Shown here piece by piece: positions 1 through 13,946 of a DNA stretch of 64,000 nucleotides. The notes beneath the pieces were generated by a model. It did not search any database. It worked only from the letters and a program-made list of their open reading frames with translations, and had not been told where the DNA came from. Made by a program: the position numbers and the translations under genes. The stretch is taken from assembly GCA_951406725.2 (NCBI GenBank), contig OX597824.1, positions 50,158,001 through 50,222,000 of the forward strand. Direction: 5' to 3'. Within the stretch, counting starts at the first letter, position 1; every line of letters begins with the position of its first letter. This DNA comes from Octopus vulgaris (taxonomy: Eukaryota).

Positions 1-543
1 GGTATGGAACGGCAGAAGTCAACAATGTCGAACTGGGTGAATCCGCAGGCTGATTTATTCTCGAAATTGCGGAGTTCCATTGAATCAATCTTGTAGATCT
101 TCTGATATCGAAGTTGATAGTATCGAGAATACATTTGCTAATGATACCTATCTCACATTTAGAGGCGTTGATCAGTCTGCATTTGAGATCGGAGGGGAAC
201 TTGGGCTTATAGTCCTTAAGTGTAATATGGGGGAGTCGCGTGACGAGGCAGTCCAAACGATCCTCTATATTAAGGCGGGTGGCCAGCTCCTTTGCGTCTG
301 TATTTATGTCATTGTATGTGGAATAACGGGTTTTCTTGTATGTTTTGGTGATGGGACTAGTAAGAAGTCTTGAGTGTGTGGAAGTGTTTATTTCGTAAAT
401 GTTCTTTGTTTTGTCCGCGAGGGTGTGTGTGTTGGGTGATTATTTAATGCTGGTCATGTAGTCATTTAGGGATTTAAGGAAGGGCTTAGAAAAATGCCGG
501 AACCTTACTTTCTTTACATTGTTCCATAGGTCAGTCTCTATCT
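1..543 (-). mobile_element. Degraded Penelope-like element (PLE) reverse transcriptase fragment, probably Naiad-type
   Basis: Manual minus-strand translation: IETDLWNNVKKVRFRHF...IK*SPNTHTLADKTKNIYE...HITLKDYKPKFPSDLKCRLINASKCEIGIISKCILDTIN...LIQW, then after a frameshift QFDIVDFCRSI (FDIxxFYPSI-like RT motif). One TAA stop; runs off the window edge. Confidence 0.8.
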
Positions 544-714
544 GCCTATCTATCTTCCAATATTTGACTATATATCTTTTATGAAAATATATTGATTATA
601 TTTAATTTTTTTTAATTAACGCCTCTTAAAATATTAAATTATTGACATGTTAGCGGTGTTCGTTTTGATGTCATGATATAAACCAGTGTGTAAATTAAAT
701 TAATTAATTAAAAA

Positions 715-900
715 ATACCTATTGACTGTCCAATGCCAGTCTAAGATCTATGAATTTATTCTGTAGCGTATTACATCTTTCAAAACTTGTCCTATTACGT
801 TCCCTTGGGGTATACCAGAAGGGGAAGTTTTGTGTGCATATATGTATGATAAGGGAAATTTGAATAGGAATGGATCGTGGCTGAATGCACCTAAATCTTA
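715..900 (-). pseudogene. Short degraded LINE RT fragment
   Basis: Minus strand encodes SGIPQGNVIG, matching the SGVPQGSVLGP RT motif; otherwise eroded. Confidence 0.5.
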
Positions 901-926
901 TTACTATTATCATTTTGCCCCTCTCG

Positions 927-927
<1 letters not shown>

Positions 928-992
<65 letters not shown>
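928..992. repeat. (TTA/TAA)n microsatellite, probable tail or target of the adjacent element
   Basis: Perfect trinucleotide run directly abutting the repeat at 993. Confidence 0.95.
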
Positions 993-2568
993 GAGTGTGA
1001 GAGAAGCGCATGCTATAAAACTGACACTGGGGTACAAATATATGAAGCCTAATATAACTATCACGACTACCCATCTCACAAGGGTACACCAGGCACATGC
1101 ATCACAACCACATGTGCACTAGATAGTGATCTCATATCAAGATATGACCTCACAAGTGGAGCCCAGTCAGAATTTTCTTCAGGTCGGGTAGCCCATTCCA
1201 CTCAAAAGGTTGAAAGACGATTAACGAAGCACCTATATTTCTTGGAGTGAACTATTCAAACAACAAAATCCCTCTCGATACATGGCTATGATGGTCCCCC
1301 CCCCCACTACTCCTGTTTGTGATTAGAGATACTCACATCCTCAGCCACTGAGGGATATGCTCAACTGGTAAAGGTCAAACAACTGACAATCAATTCTAGG
1401 GTATTGAACGGAATATTTGCTCTAGCCCATCTTTTATACGAAGATAAAACATAACAAGTGTGTTAACACTTCAAATCAGTTAAGATCAGAAACCATGACA
1501 GCTGTGGGGGTTGTTCATTTAATTGCATATTTACTGTATAATGTGTGTCTTGTGTTTATATATTGTTTTATTTGGGTTGTACTATTAAAATGATTGTGTT
1601 TTTTTTTTTCGTGGAATGTTGGCTGTTCCTAGCAGGGCTATTTCTGGATAGTGTGTAGTAGTGAGGGTCTAGGTATAGCATCTACATTTTCAATCATACG
1701 ATTTTCTGTCATACCCAATACTCCATTCATACCCAATGCTTTATCATACCTAATACTCCAAATGGTATTGTTTTCATCTTCATGTCCCACATCTTGAATA
1801 CTTCAATTTCGACATCTTTATACTTTGACATTTCTCTTCTTTTTCGGCAATATTTTGGTTAGAAAGAACTGCAATCTCTATCAATAAGTAGGTGATATTT
1901 TTTTCAAATCTTTGATTATCATCTCTGGGTGATTAGTTTTGATTTGATTTCTTTATTTAAACAAATATATCTCAAATGATTATGACCTGGTCGTTGTCAT
2001 GTGCTTTGTTTGGAACATATCTATATCAGCTCTCGTTAATCTTTATGTTATAGTACTGTCATATTGTCCGAGATGATGTGGTCAATTGTCTCATTCTGAA
2101 AACAGGCTGCAAATAATGCAACCTGTTTTCATCATTTTGCTTTTGTAGTTGTTTGTGGTCAGACATTGGTCTTGTGCATCGAGGATCAGTCCTTTCAGTC
2201 CTTCCGTTTCTGCTTTTAGTCCAGTTCAAAGCTTTTGAGCTATTGTTGATTTTTAGTTAGGTTTTCTGTGTCAGGCCACGGCCTCCTTCTGAGCGGGGTA
2301 GATATATTCTGTCTCTGTCTGATTTGGGGTGGTGATTTCGGTATGCTGTTAGTAGTTTTCTGGCTTTTCTAAGTTTCTCAATTGACTGATCTTATGGTGT
2401 CGAAAATGTAATTTATTACTGGTATGGCTAGCGTGTTTATGCCTATTATCGTAATTTTAGCACTGATTTCAGTGTTTAATATTTGTCTCCTAATTTTCTC
2501 TTTCATTTCTGTGTGTTGTATTTTAGCTATTTCGTTGATTCCTAGATATTTGTATTGGAAATGATGGT
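993..2568 (-). mobile_element. Degraded R4/Dong-clade non-LTR retrotransposon, 3' part (RT end, zinc knuckle, REL endonuclease, putative 3' UTR)
   Basis: Minus-strand pieces: YKYLGINE..MKEKI, GLKAETEGL..ILDAQDQCLTTNNY, ETIDHIIS, KTNHPEMIIKD, SKYKDVEIEVFKMWDMK, and a frameshifted IALLGTANI. Many frameshifts and stops. Assigning 993-1600 as its 3' UTR is inference. Confidence 0.75.
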
Positions 2569-2574
2569 CTAATT

Positions 2575-2617
2575 CTCAGTTACCAAGCGATGATATGGGA
2601 CAAATACCATTCCCCCC

Positions 2618-2699
<82 letters not shown>

Positions 2700-2928
2700 C
2701 ATACATACATACACATACGACGGGCTTTTTCCAGTTTCCGACGAGCAAACCCACGCACAAAGCTTTGGTCAGCCCGAGCCTATAGTACTTTGTTGATTAG
2801 AAATTGCTCGGCACGTTCCCAGCCTCCCTTCTTCCCAGCTCCATCTTCTGCCTAAGGTGCCACACAGTGGGAGTGAACCCTGAACCATGTGATGTTGGGA
2901 AGCAAACTTCTTACCATACAGCTACGTT
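2575..2928 (-). mobile_element. tRNA-derived SINE family A copy (internal microsatellite, ~60 bp insertion)
   Basis: Shares ACGACGGGCTT..CAGTTTCCG and AAGGTGCCAC-CAGTGGGA-TGAACC-GAACCATGTG with the copy at 25001-25320. Confidence 0.75.
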
Positions 2929-3759
2929 CGCAGTTATGTGTGTGTGACTGTGTGTGTGTGTACGCAAAATCTGCTTTGTTGTTTTGTTGATTTGAAATGA
3001 CTACCTTCCCCGGGAATCGACTATAATGAAGCAACAACTATTAGACCTAATAAAAGACAAAACGCCACTAGCACTAACAGTAACAGCACCCGAAAAACGT
3101 CACATATGACAACATGTATATGAAACCAATATAATAAACTAAGCAGTGGTTTTGGTTCTGTGTATAAGCAGAGGTCTAGCATTTATCTCCCTTTCTATAT
3201 TTTGCTACTGTATTACAACGTTTCACTGGTATGTGTTGATATATGCAAGTCAGTTTATAATTAAAAAAAAATTTATTCATACTTTTTCTAGTTACTTTCT
3301 GTGTATGTTTGTTTTACTGTTATTAAATTCACAATTCATTACACTCTACCACTTCATTTGACTTGAAAGAAAGGAAGAAAGACGGAAAGAAAGAGAAGTA
3401 AAGTATTCTTTAAACATACATCTCTTTTCTTTCTTTCTTTTTCTTCCTTCTCTCTTACTACTTCCGTCTTTCATATTTTCTGACTTTTTCTTAAACTTCT
3501 CTATTTGTCTCTCTTATTCCCATTTACTATGCTAGCATTTTAAAAATTTGTAGTAATTTATTTTTCTATATCGAAAACCTCATTTTATTATTTCTATTTC
3601 CTTCCTGTCGTCTGCTTTTTGAAAAATATATTTCTATCTTATGCCACTTCTTCCCGTCTGTTTTTACGTTGTTTTTTCCCCTTCTTTGTTTGTTATTCTT
3701 AATAATTTTGACATTTCGTTTTATTTATTTCTATTTTGAAATATGTATTGTGTTGTATT

Positions 3760-3813
<54 letters not shown>

Positions 3814-3911
3814 CCTTCTTTCCTTCTTTCCTGAGCGTTCAATAATACTATACTTGTTCCACGTCCTCGCGTTGTTGTGTTTTCTCTTAGTGTTTTCATG
3901 TTTGGATTAAC

Positions 3912-3943
<32 letters not shown>

Positions 3944-4218
3944 CATACATACATACATACATACATTCATACATACATACATGCATACATACTTACATAC
4001 GCACGTACATACATGCACATATATATATACATACATACATCAACATCACTATCATCATCAGCAATATTACGACTTTCATCAATATCATCATTGTAATCTT
4101 CAACGCAACCAACATCGAACAAACCTTTCAACGACTGCAACAAGTGTAAAATTAACAGAAATATATAAAAACACACTTAAAATATATTCTACAACAATAT
4201 ACACTAAATATTCGTATG

Positions 4219-4307
<89 letters not shown>

Positions 4308-4764
4308 GCGTGTGTGTGCGTGTGTATGTATGTGTGTGGTGTGTGTATCTGTGTGTGTGTATATATGGGTATATATATATACAACTCAATGGATATATTT
4401 GTATGTATATACACTTCTATACACACGTACGTACCTACCTACATACATATGTATACATCCATATACAGACACACACATTCTCTTAAACTTATATATAGAT
4501 AGACTAATATAAACAGACATGTGTACATGTACTGCTCATACATACACCTCTCACAAGACTTAGACCAGGTATTTCTTGCGAAATTGAGGTGTCACAGAGA
4601 TCGATAAACTCACCAGAACTTGTATGAAATTACGTCAATAATTTTTTATCTTTTATTCTTTACCTCACTGCCAGTGTCATCGTTTCTTATAGAAGCAGAG
4701 ATAGTATGCATATATATACATACACGCACGCGCAGCCACACACACACTTTTTTTTTTATTAAAC

Positions 4765-4906
4765 CTGTAAAAATATCACGCAAAATCTGTTACTCAGAGT
4801 TTCGCGTTTCCGTTCGTCGGACAGTTGTGATCAAGACTTAATCACAATTGTCCGACGAACGGAAACGTGAAACTTTGAGTAATATTTTGTTGCGATATTT
4901 TTGCAG
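4765..4906. repeat. ~140 bp near-perfect palindrome (foldback/MITE-like)
   Basis: Left arm CTGTAAAAATATC..TTTCCGTTCGTCGGACAGTTGTGATCAAG is the reverse complement of CTTAATCACAATTGTCCGACGAACGGAAAC..GATATTTTTGCAG, with ~1 nt loop. Confidence 0.85.
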
Positions 4907-4998
4907 TCTTCATAGAAAAAAAGCATATTACTCTATGTTTCATATTCCAGTACTATTTTTCCACTTTGTTTTGCATTTATGTGCATACACGTGTGTGA

Positions 4999-5040
<42 letters not shown>

Positions 5041-5264
5041 TATATCTCTCTCTCTATATATATACATATATATGTGTATATATATATACATATATATATA
5101 TGTATACATTTATATACATACATGTATATATAAATATATAACGGTGTGTGTGTGAGCGCACGTATGTGATGCGCGTGTGTGTGATATTAAGATATATATA
5201 TATGTGTATATATATATATATCATATACACACGCATGCACACCGTTTTTGGATCACCAATACTT

Positions 5265-5506
5265 TATTATATCCTCTTCTTCCTAGCTCTCCTGTCTAAC
5301 CACCTCTGTCCAGCCAGCCGCCATGATTGACTGCTAGCCGCTAAAGCTTTTTTTTTAATTCTCTGTTTATTTTCTCGTGTCCATTTCTGCTGAAGGGCGT
5401 AGGCTCGAAATGTAAAAGACTTTCTCACCTTCCCGAGCGTTAAACTAATACTCTTTTGTTGTTTATGCACCTGCCCTCATCTTTTGTTTTTCTGTAAATT
5501 CCAACT
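5265..5506 (+). mobile_element. Small PLE pseudo-LTR-like element with a degenerate minimal hammerhead motif
   Basis: 5387-5420 reads CTGCTGA-A-GGGC-GTAG-GCTC-GAAA-TGTA-AAAGAC (core A6 changed to C). Its 3' part (TTCCCGAGCGTTAAACTAATAC) resembles 3810-3915. Confidence 0.5.
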
Positions 5507-5530
5507 ATATATGCATATATACATACATGC

Positions 5531-5607
<77 letters not shown>

Positions 5608-5644
5608 TATACATATATATATATACCTATATGTAAATGTGTAT

Positions 5645-6265
5645 ATGTATTGTGGTGATTGCTGTCTCTTCGTGCTTGTCTATGGTATTTCAAATTTTCC
5701 GTTCTTGATCTCTCAGTCGGCTACTCTGTTCTGTTGCGGATCTGCATTGCTTGAAGCATAGGTGACAGACGAAAATTGTAGCCTTCAGTGCGCTTTCACC
5801 TGGTCAGGTTTGTACATGTCGCCATTCTTCTATTGCCATAGAAGTAGAATGGAACGACAAATGTCTCTAGGTTTTAGTGATAAACGCTTGCACAATACAA
5901 GGACCACTTTCTGAGTTTCCATGATTTGTACCTAACGACAGGCCAGAGAAATATGACGAGTAATAATGTTAAACCGCAGGTTTTTACCTCAGAGTGTCCC
6001 TCTCTTAGAAGGACTCCAGTGAGGGGTCCCTCATTCCCAGTGGTTTTACTGCATGCCCTGACACCAGCCAAGGGCATTTCTGCATTCTTGCTCTCTGGTG
6101 GAATGTCGTCATACATGCTAGTTAGCCCTTACAGGTGTTACTACTCTGTCTCAGACTAGACTAGGGAATCCCAGTGGCTAAGAAATGGTTCCACACTTGT
6201 CAAAGCCGCAGAAATTCTGAACCAGAACCTCACTACCAGATGCGGCTTCAGTTCATACGCAGGGC
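5645..6265 (-). mobile_element. Probable 5' UTR / start of a degraded RTE-like LINE
   Basis: Minus-strand start CCCTGCGTATGAACTGAAGCCGCATCTGGTAGTGAGG resembles RTE-type 5' ends; GC-richer block between microsatellites; no intact ORF. Confidence 0.35.
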
Positions 6266-7714
6266 GCGCGCGCACTCATACATACATACATACATACATA
6301 CATACATACATACATACATACATACATACATACATACATACATGCATACATACATACATACATACATACATACATGCATACATACATACATATTGGAGCA
6401 ACAAGATGCATACCAATCCCTCTTGAGAAAAGTATGGCTAAACTTGGAATTATGGGGAGAGACTGCAAATCCTAAATTAATATGCCACAAATGGTCACGA
6501 TATGGGACTATAAAAATCTGCAGGGCCTTCTTAGGATTTAAAGGATGCCAATTAAATCAAAATACTTTCCTTTCTACCAAGTCGATTGCCAATTAAAGTC
6601 TACTCTAAGTTTAAAAGAAGAAGAGGTGCATACATACATACGATACGTGTGTGTCTGTATGTGTGTGTACGTTTACAACTCATCAGCTCAACCTTACAAC
6701 GTTCTAAAAACGTCACCTGCAGCAACAAATATAGAAGAGAAAATTAAAGATCAGTACGAAAGAGAAGATACACACTTAGTGGTGAATGGTAAGACGTGTA
6801 AAATTGGGGGTAACGAAAGCAAAAGTTAAATTTCCACTAATAAAATTTCAATAACACTTGTAATGATTTTGTTGCCATCAAAATCCCATTCGTACATGCT
6901 ACAGAAAAACGTGGACATAGGGTTTCTAGAGGTGAGGAAATGGAAAAAACAAAGTAATACATAAAAAAAGGAACAAGGAGCAAAATATTACGCAATGAAC
7001 ATATTAAAACTCTGATACAAAGTAAGGACGAAATAGATATATGAGTGCATAAAATCAGAATGTCTTCAAAAGCATGAAATGTCTGCCGCTTCTTATACCT
7101 GCACCCAAATGCATTCATAAACTTAGATTTGTTGAGCCTGAAGTGACTCAACCTCTACTATTTCTAAATATCAGGTTCAACAGAGTATGAATATTTTATC
7201 AGCTAACTGAAAAGTAGAGAGATTCTCAGAGAGTAAGCTCCAACGATCTAGCATCCTTTTTTTTAGGATGCTACATTCTTTTGCCATGGTTGTAGAACTT
7301 CTCTCCATGTCTAGATGTCTTCTGGCTGGGTCAACATTGATTTGGTTCCTTCTTTTATTCTTTCTGCGTTGCTTTAGCAGTCTTCTCTAGACTCAATCGC
7401 TCTCCATCCTCATAAGAAAATAGCAAGGGCTGGAGGGAGGCTTTCTGCTGGGATGCGGTATTCGTCCCTGTTCGCTTCAGGCACTGTGGATGTGGCGATC
7501 TCCTCTACAGTTTATGGAGGTCCGACCGGTGGTTCTCGGGAAATAGCAGCCACTAAGACTTCTAGATATCGTTGCTCTTCACTGCTTCCTTTGGTCTCTG
7601 ACTTTCCATTTCTTCGAAATCCAAGTAGCTTTTGTTGCCACAAGTATTATAACGACTTTTTACACTGCACCAAACGTTAAGGTTATCTCTACAGATTTTC
7701 TATAGAAATTATAG

Positions 7715-7837
7715 CCAGCACTGATTTGTTACGACGTTTCCTGTCCGAATACGTCTTGTGTAAACAACCTCTCAATTGTATTGTTGTTTACATTAGACGC
7801 ATTCTGATACGAAACGTCGTAACAAAATCAGTGCTGG
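7715..7837. repeat. ~120 bp imperfect inverted repeat (MITE-like hairpin)
   Basis: CCAGCACTGATTTGTTACGACGTTTC..TGTAAACAAC pairs with GTTGTTTACA..GAAACGTCGTAACAAAATCAGTGCTGG. Confidence 0.8.
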
Positions 7838-8548
7838 ATTCACTACACAGAATTGACTTATAAAGAGTTTAATATACTTGATAGTATATTATGGTTGCAT
7901 AACGATATACGTTTGTCCCTACAAGTAATTAAATTTTTTTGTCATAAGAACTTGCGAAACCTAACGAAATATCTTTTGTTATCAGTTCTGTTCTCATCGT
8001 TTGCCTATATTGCGTTACAAAGATGACAACAACTTGGCGGTCAATTTTGTTGCCAATACCTGAGACTGTCTACTGTCACCATTGTATTGTGTAAGTCAAT
8101 GTATCGTGAGACAAACCTGAGCATGTCTTTCGCACTATTTCCGCCTCCCCCTGCTCTCGGTCACAAAGGCTGGGCAAACACTACTCTATACTTTAGTTCG
8201 GTTATTTTCAAATGAAAAGCCATTATTTTTATTTTAAATTCTATGTATTCTACTACAAAACTTCCTTGTTGATGCTTTATATTTTTTCTATTGTAGAAAC
8301 GTGTGTTATAATTCCAGTTTTTTGGTGTGTTCTGCTCTTTCACAAAATAAAAGCTTTTTCCTTCTCAAACAGGAAAAATAATGTATATCATTAAATATGT
8401 GCTTTTCTTATAGAGTAGTTTCTATATAAAGTTAACCTTTTAACTATTAAATTTCACTTGTTTAATCCAGCAGCTAAAGAGTTAAAGATAACATGCCTTC
8501 ATAAAGCAAGAACAGCAACCACAAGAGAGAGAACAGCAGCTCAACTAA

Positions 8549-8682
8549 TACTTATTTATTCGTCCCGAAAGGATGAAAGCAAAGTCGACCACGGTGGCTT
8601 TTGAATTCAAAATGTAAAGACGGACGAAGTACCTGTAAGCATTTTGCCCGACGTGCTAACGATTCTGCCAACTCACCGTCTT
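8549..8682 (-). mobile_element. SINE family B copy
   Basis: Reverse complement AAGACGGTGAGTTGGCAGAATCGTTAGCACG..GTCGACTTTGCTTTCATCCTTTCGGG matches 51561-51771. Confidence 0.8.
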
Positions 8683-8756
8683 CAGCTAACATACATTGAT
8701 CAATTCGAACGTACTCATTAATACGCATATGTACACATACGATCTCACTCACTCAC

Positions 8757-8792
<36 letters not shown>

Positions 8793-8989
8793 TCCTTCCC
8801 TCTCATACACACACACTTATACAGACATATACATGTATGGACACGCACATACAAACGTACACTTTGGCAACCAAGTAGGATAAACGGCTCGGCTTGGTAT
8901 CTACGTGGGTTCCAGTGTAAATTCAGATATAGTTTTGATGAGAAATTTCTTTTATACCAAGTGAAACTGTTACTTGACTTTTGTCAAGT

Positions 8990-9600
8990 CCTTAGTATAC
9001 TTATGTATGATAAGTATGGTATAAAAATTAAGCTGAGATGAGAATCCGAGTTAACAAATTGATCTTCAAGAGTTTCCTTCGAAGAACCCAGAGAATTACT
9101 TTGTTTTTGTATCTGGTTTGCAAGATTCTTTATGTGAATTCGCGTGTTGAAATAAATTTTGTTGTGTCGAGCTGGATATTTAACCAATTGATTAATAATA
9201 AAGAAAAGGAGTGGAATTGAACCAGTGTGTATCTTAATTATATTGGCATAATGACTCTCCCTAGACACAACAAAACCTAGTGGACTATTGAACCTCAAAA
9301 GAAAGGCATTTAAGTTTTTCAATATTTTGCAAGTTGGTAACGGAAATTCTTTGTTCTGAAAATTTCTAACAATTTTCCTTCGGTCGATTTTCTTTCATTC
9401 TTTTACAAGAAGGCTGCTATTTTCTTGTGGTTTCTTCAATTTACAGGGTTCTGCACGGTATTGTTTTTTTTATTTAGTCGTGATTCACCTGAAACTTTAT
9501 AACTATTGGTTGAGCAGCAGCTCTGTTTAATGGACAATTTTGGCAAATGTATTGAATTTTGGTCTTAAGTGTCCTGGAGCTATAAGCAAATTATGTAGTG
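8990..9600 (-). pseudogene. Highly degraded PLE fragments (thumb / GIY-YIG linker)
   Basis: Minus-strand remnants HWFNSTP (WFNPP-like), LVKYPARHNKIYFN and NCPLN..PIV. Confidence 0.4.
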
Positions 9601-9880
9601 ATCTCAATTTAAAACTGAAAATTCAAATCTGAAAATTCTTTATTTACCGTTCCAAGGTTCGTATTTCGGTTAACTCAGTTAATGTTTATTCATCATATGA
9701 GACTATTGAACTAGACAGTAGTGTCACTCGAACTGAACAATCTGACAGGAGTGAAGAAGAAATGTTATTTTGTTCGGGTATCTTCATCATTTGAATGTGT
9801 GGGTGTGCGCAGGCGTTTGTGTACAAAATAAAATAGTAGCATCTCCAACAGACACATAAAAACAGACTCTCGCATACACA

Positions 9881-9941
<61 letters not shown>

Positions 9942-10177
9942 TATAATGCACAGACAACTATACAATGACATCAAGAAGCATATTTACATATATACATACA
10001 TATTAGGCAGGATATGGTCCAATGGTTAGGGAGGTCACTTCAAATATGTTTTTCTACAGCTTCCTATCAACCCATACGTTGTGAATGAAATTGGGTAGGT
10101 GGAAACTATATAGAAGCTTGTCGAGTGGATTGTACAAGTAATTGGAAGAATATAACCTTCTCACGCTGATTCTGTGG

Positions 10178-10530
10178 AGGTGCAGGGCTTAATAGTCTGG
10201 GTGTTGGACTCATGAGTATAAGATTGTCGTTTCGATTCTTGGACTGGGTGATGCGTTGTGTTCTTGATCAAAATACTTCATTTCACGTTACTCTATTCTA
10301 CTCAGCTGGTAAAAATGTCTATTCCTGCAACTGATCTCCTATGGGAGAATGTGTATGCCACAGGAACTGGGAAACCGGCTTTATGAGTTTATGAGTCTTA
10401 GGAAGGAACTTTATCCATCTAAGAAAAAACTATAGAGCATTTACATCTGTGGGATACTCAGCTACGTACACGTTGATTCTACGAATACGTAATTCTGATG
10501 ATCAAACAACCGAATACTAAACGTGTAGTA
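10178..10530 (+). mobile_element. Diverged SINE family C copy
   Basis: tRNA-like head, GTTTCGATTC B-box, and a GTGTTCTTGATCAAAATACTT..ACTCAGCTGGTAAAAATG body shared with 60664-60868. Confidence 0.6.
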
Positions 10531-11149
10531 AGAAGCTTGCTTCGAAACAATGTGGTCTTTGGTTGAGTCCCACTGTATTTTCTTTTATCCTAAGCCAGGA
10601 ATTTTCGCCCCCCCTCTCTCTCGCGTGTTTGTGTATGTATATACTTATATCAAAACACAAATGAACTGGTGTTCGCTACAGCTGTTTCAATCCTTTTTTT
10701 TTATTGATGAACGAATCAGTTATATCATTTAAAAATTCTGTTCTCTTCGAGTGAATCAAAACTAAAATAAATTTAACATTTAGTATTTTTCACACAAAGA
10801 CTGTAGAATGCATATTAAATCCCTTATCTCAGTACCGGTTGTGAAAGACAGTGCATGCCGGAATATACGCTTCGGCGATTTTATGTATACGTTGAGTGCA
10901 TCTTTTGTACATGTGGATGTATGTGTAATTGAAAGGATAAATCGGTGTATACTCCAGTAAGTATGTGAGTGTCCATACACGCTGTTGATACACGGTATGT
11001 TACTCTTGACTGTACCTTGGTGTAGTTATTTTAAAATATCTCGATTCTTATCAGATCCTGCAAATAATTACACACACAAACATACTCATACACACATACA
11101 TACATATACATATATATAGATATCTATGAGAGTCCGTGAGTCTATGTGT

Positions 11150-11350
11150 TTATGTCTGTGCTTAAAAATCGGTGTTGGTTTGTTTACGTTCCCGTAACTT
11201 CGCGGTTCGGCACAAAGATAACCACAATCAAAAGAATAAGTATCTGGCTTAAAAATAAGCACCGGGGTTGACTTGTTCCAACTAAACCCTTTAAAAGTGG
11301 TGCCCCAGCATGGGCGCATAGTCGAAAGGCTTAAAACAAGTAAAAGGTAA
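11150..11350 (+). mobile_element. SINE family A, 3' half
   Basis: GGTTTGTTTACGTTCCCGTAACTTCGCGGTTCGGCA..GGTGCCCCAGCATGG..AAACAAGTAAAAG. Confidence 0.75.
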
Positions 11351-12059
11351 GACAACTATATTACATGAACACATACAGAAAATACATCAACGGATACAAT
11401 GCATAACAGAGAGACTAATAAATAGACATATAAAGCAGTGTAGAATCTACACAATTATAGTGACGACACAACTAGAATCTGTCAAAGAAACACAGAAGAA
11501 ACACCAGAAACGCAGCAAACAAGAATTATGAATCAATCAAGAAACATATGTGACAAGACGCGGTTTAGGCCAGAATTATCAGATATGTAGGGTTTTTTAT
11601 TGCTACCGTCGTTTATTTTTGTTTTCTATATTTTAAAATTATTTATTTTTGTCTTGTATTCTTCCAAATTGTTGAGAAATTTTGAGTAAGATGAATCGAC
11701 ATTTTATTGGAATGTGAAGCCCGGAGAGCAGAGATCGAGAAACCGAAACAGAAAGAGAGAAAGAACGGAAGAAAGAAAGAAGGAAAGAAAGAAAGAAAGG
11801 AAAAAGAACAAAAGAGAGAAAGAGGTGAGAATTTTAAAAAGTGGAAAGCAGGGTGGCGAAGCGATAAAGAAGGAAAGAAAGTGTTAGGATGGAAATCAGA
11901 AAGAAGAAAAGAAAGAGACGAATAAAAAGGAGAAAAGAAGATAGAGGGTCGGGGAAAAAGAGAAAGAGAAGTGTAAATGAGAAAAAAAGTAAAAGGGAAA
12001 CGAAACTGAAAAGTTTAGAAAGAGTGGAACACACACACATACACGCACAAACACTACCC

Positions 12060-12116
<57 letters not shown>

Positions 12117-12170
12117 GATATAGATATATATAAATATACACATATGCATGTAAATACGTGTGTGTGCACG

Positions 12171-12202
<32 letters not shown>

Positions 12203-12352
12203 GTATGTAAAGCGAGAGAGAGGGGGGGAAGAAAGTGAAGGGAAGTTAGAAATAAAAATAGAAAAGTGTGTGGAGAATGAATGGAAAGAAACTAAGAATG
12301 GAATGGTAAAGAAAGAGAGGTATGAATACCAAGTGGAATATAGAAACCAAAC

Positions 12353-12394
<42 letters not shown>

Positions 12395-12713
12395 GCGCGC
12401 GCGTGTGTGTGTGTGTGTGTGTGTGTATACATGGAACGACAAAAAATAAAGAGGAAGAGAAGTTAGAGAAATTCAGGAATAAGGAATCTTCCCTGGAGAC
12501 AAAATGTAACACAATTAGGGGAAGAGAGGAATAAAAAAAATTAATAATAAACAACATGGAAATTAATATATACATATGAATATATATGTCTATGGCTATA
12601 TGTATACATACATACATACATACATATATATATATATACATTAACACATATACATACATACACATACATAAAGCATAAGCATATAGATAAGTATGAGTGT
12701 GTGTGTATGTATG

Positions 12714-12763
<50 letters not shown>

Positions 12764-13346
12764 AAAATAAAGAAAAATACTACTACTACTAATAATAATA
12801 ATGATAAAACCCACCACCAAATAGAATTTCAGAAAAGAAATCGCAGTAGTAGTCATATTATTAGTAGTGGTTGTAAAAATCTTTGTATTCGCCACGTGGG
12901 TAGCAGGCGCATTACATTATAAATTTCGACTAATACAATTGCATACAAACAAGAGACACACATATGTGAATATGTGTGTGTGTGCATGTGTATAATGTAC
13001 CTATATACTTATATATATAGACGTGTAAAGTATGTGTATGTATGTATATATTTGTGTGTGTTTGTGTAGAAACTTGTGCAGATATACGTTTTGTATGCAA
13101 GTCTTTATCTGTGTGTGTTGTTGAGTATCGTGATACAAGAGATAAATATTTACAAAAAACACGTTGATAAAATATTTTTCTAAAGAAATGCAACAGTGAG
13201 GAGCAAAAAGAAATAGAAAGTTGAAAGTTAGAAAAATAGAAAAGAAAAAATACAAATAATACTGCATTTTACAAATCGAAGAGCAAAAAGGTTGGAATTA
13301 ATATGACGTATATTTCCACTTCTATCCTTTCCCTTCTCCATCTTCT

Positions 13347-13399
<53 letters not shown>

Positions 13400-13443
13400 C
13401 TTATACATATATATATATAGACACACAAATGATATATAAAAAT

Positions 13444-13475
<32 letters not shown>

Positions 13476-13628
13476 TATATATATACATATATATCTTCTA
13501 TATCTTATATATCATTTATATGCATAAATTTATGAATATATATATTTCTACATCTATCTGTTTCTATATGTATGTATATATATGTGTGTGTAAGTGTGTG
13601 TTTGCATGTGTTTATTTATATATTTGTG

Positions 13629-13693
<65 letters not shown>

Positions 13694-13782
13694 GTATACA
13701 CACAAATTCGCATTCACGCTTTCATGCATACATGCATACATATAAACATACATATGTATACACACATACATTTGCACACACA

Positions 13783-13821
<39 letters not shown>

Positions 13822-13882
13822 GCATACAGGTACAAACACACGAACTTGCTTGCATATAAGTATTGATATAGAGGTTTGTATA

Positions 13883-13946
<64 letters not shown>

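Noticed and set aside
1-543. Selenoprotein-type Naiad coding
   Set aside because: The in-frame stop seen is TAA, not TGA, and the fragment is degraded
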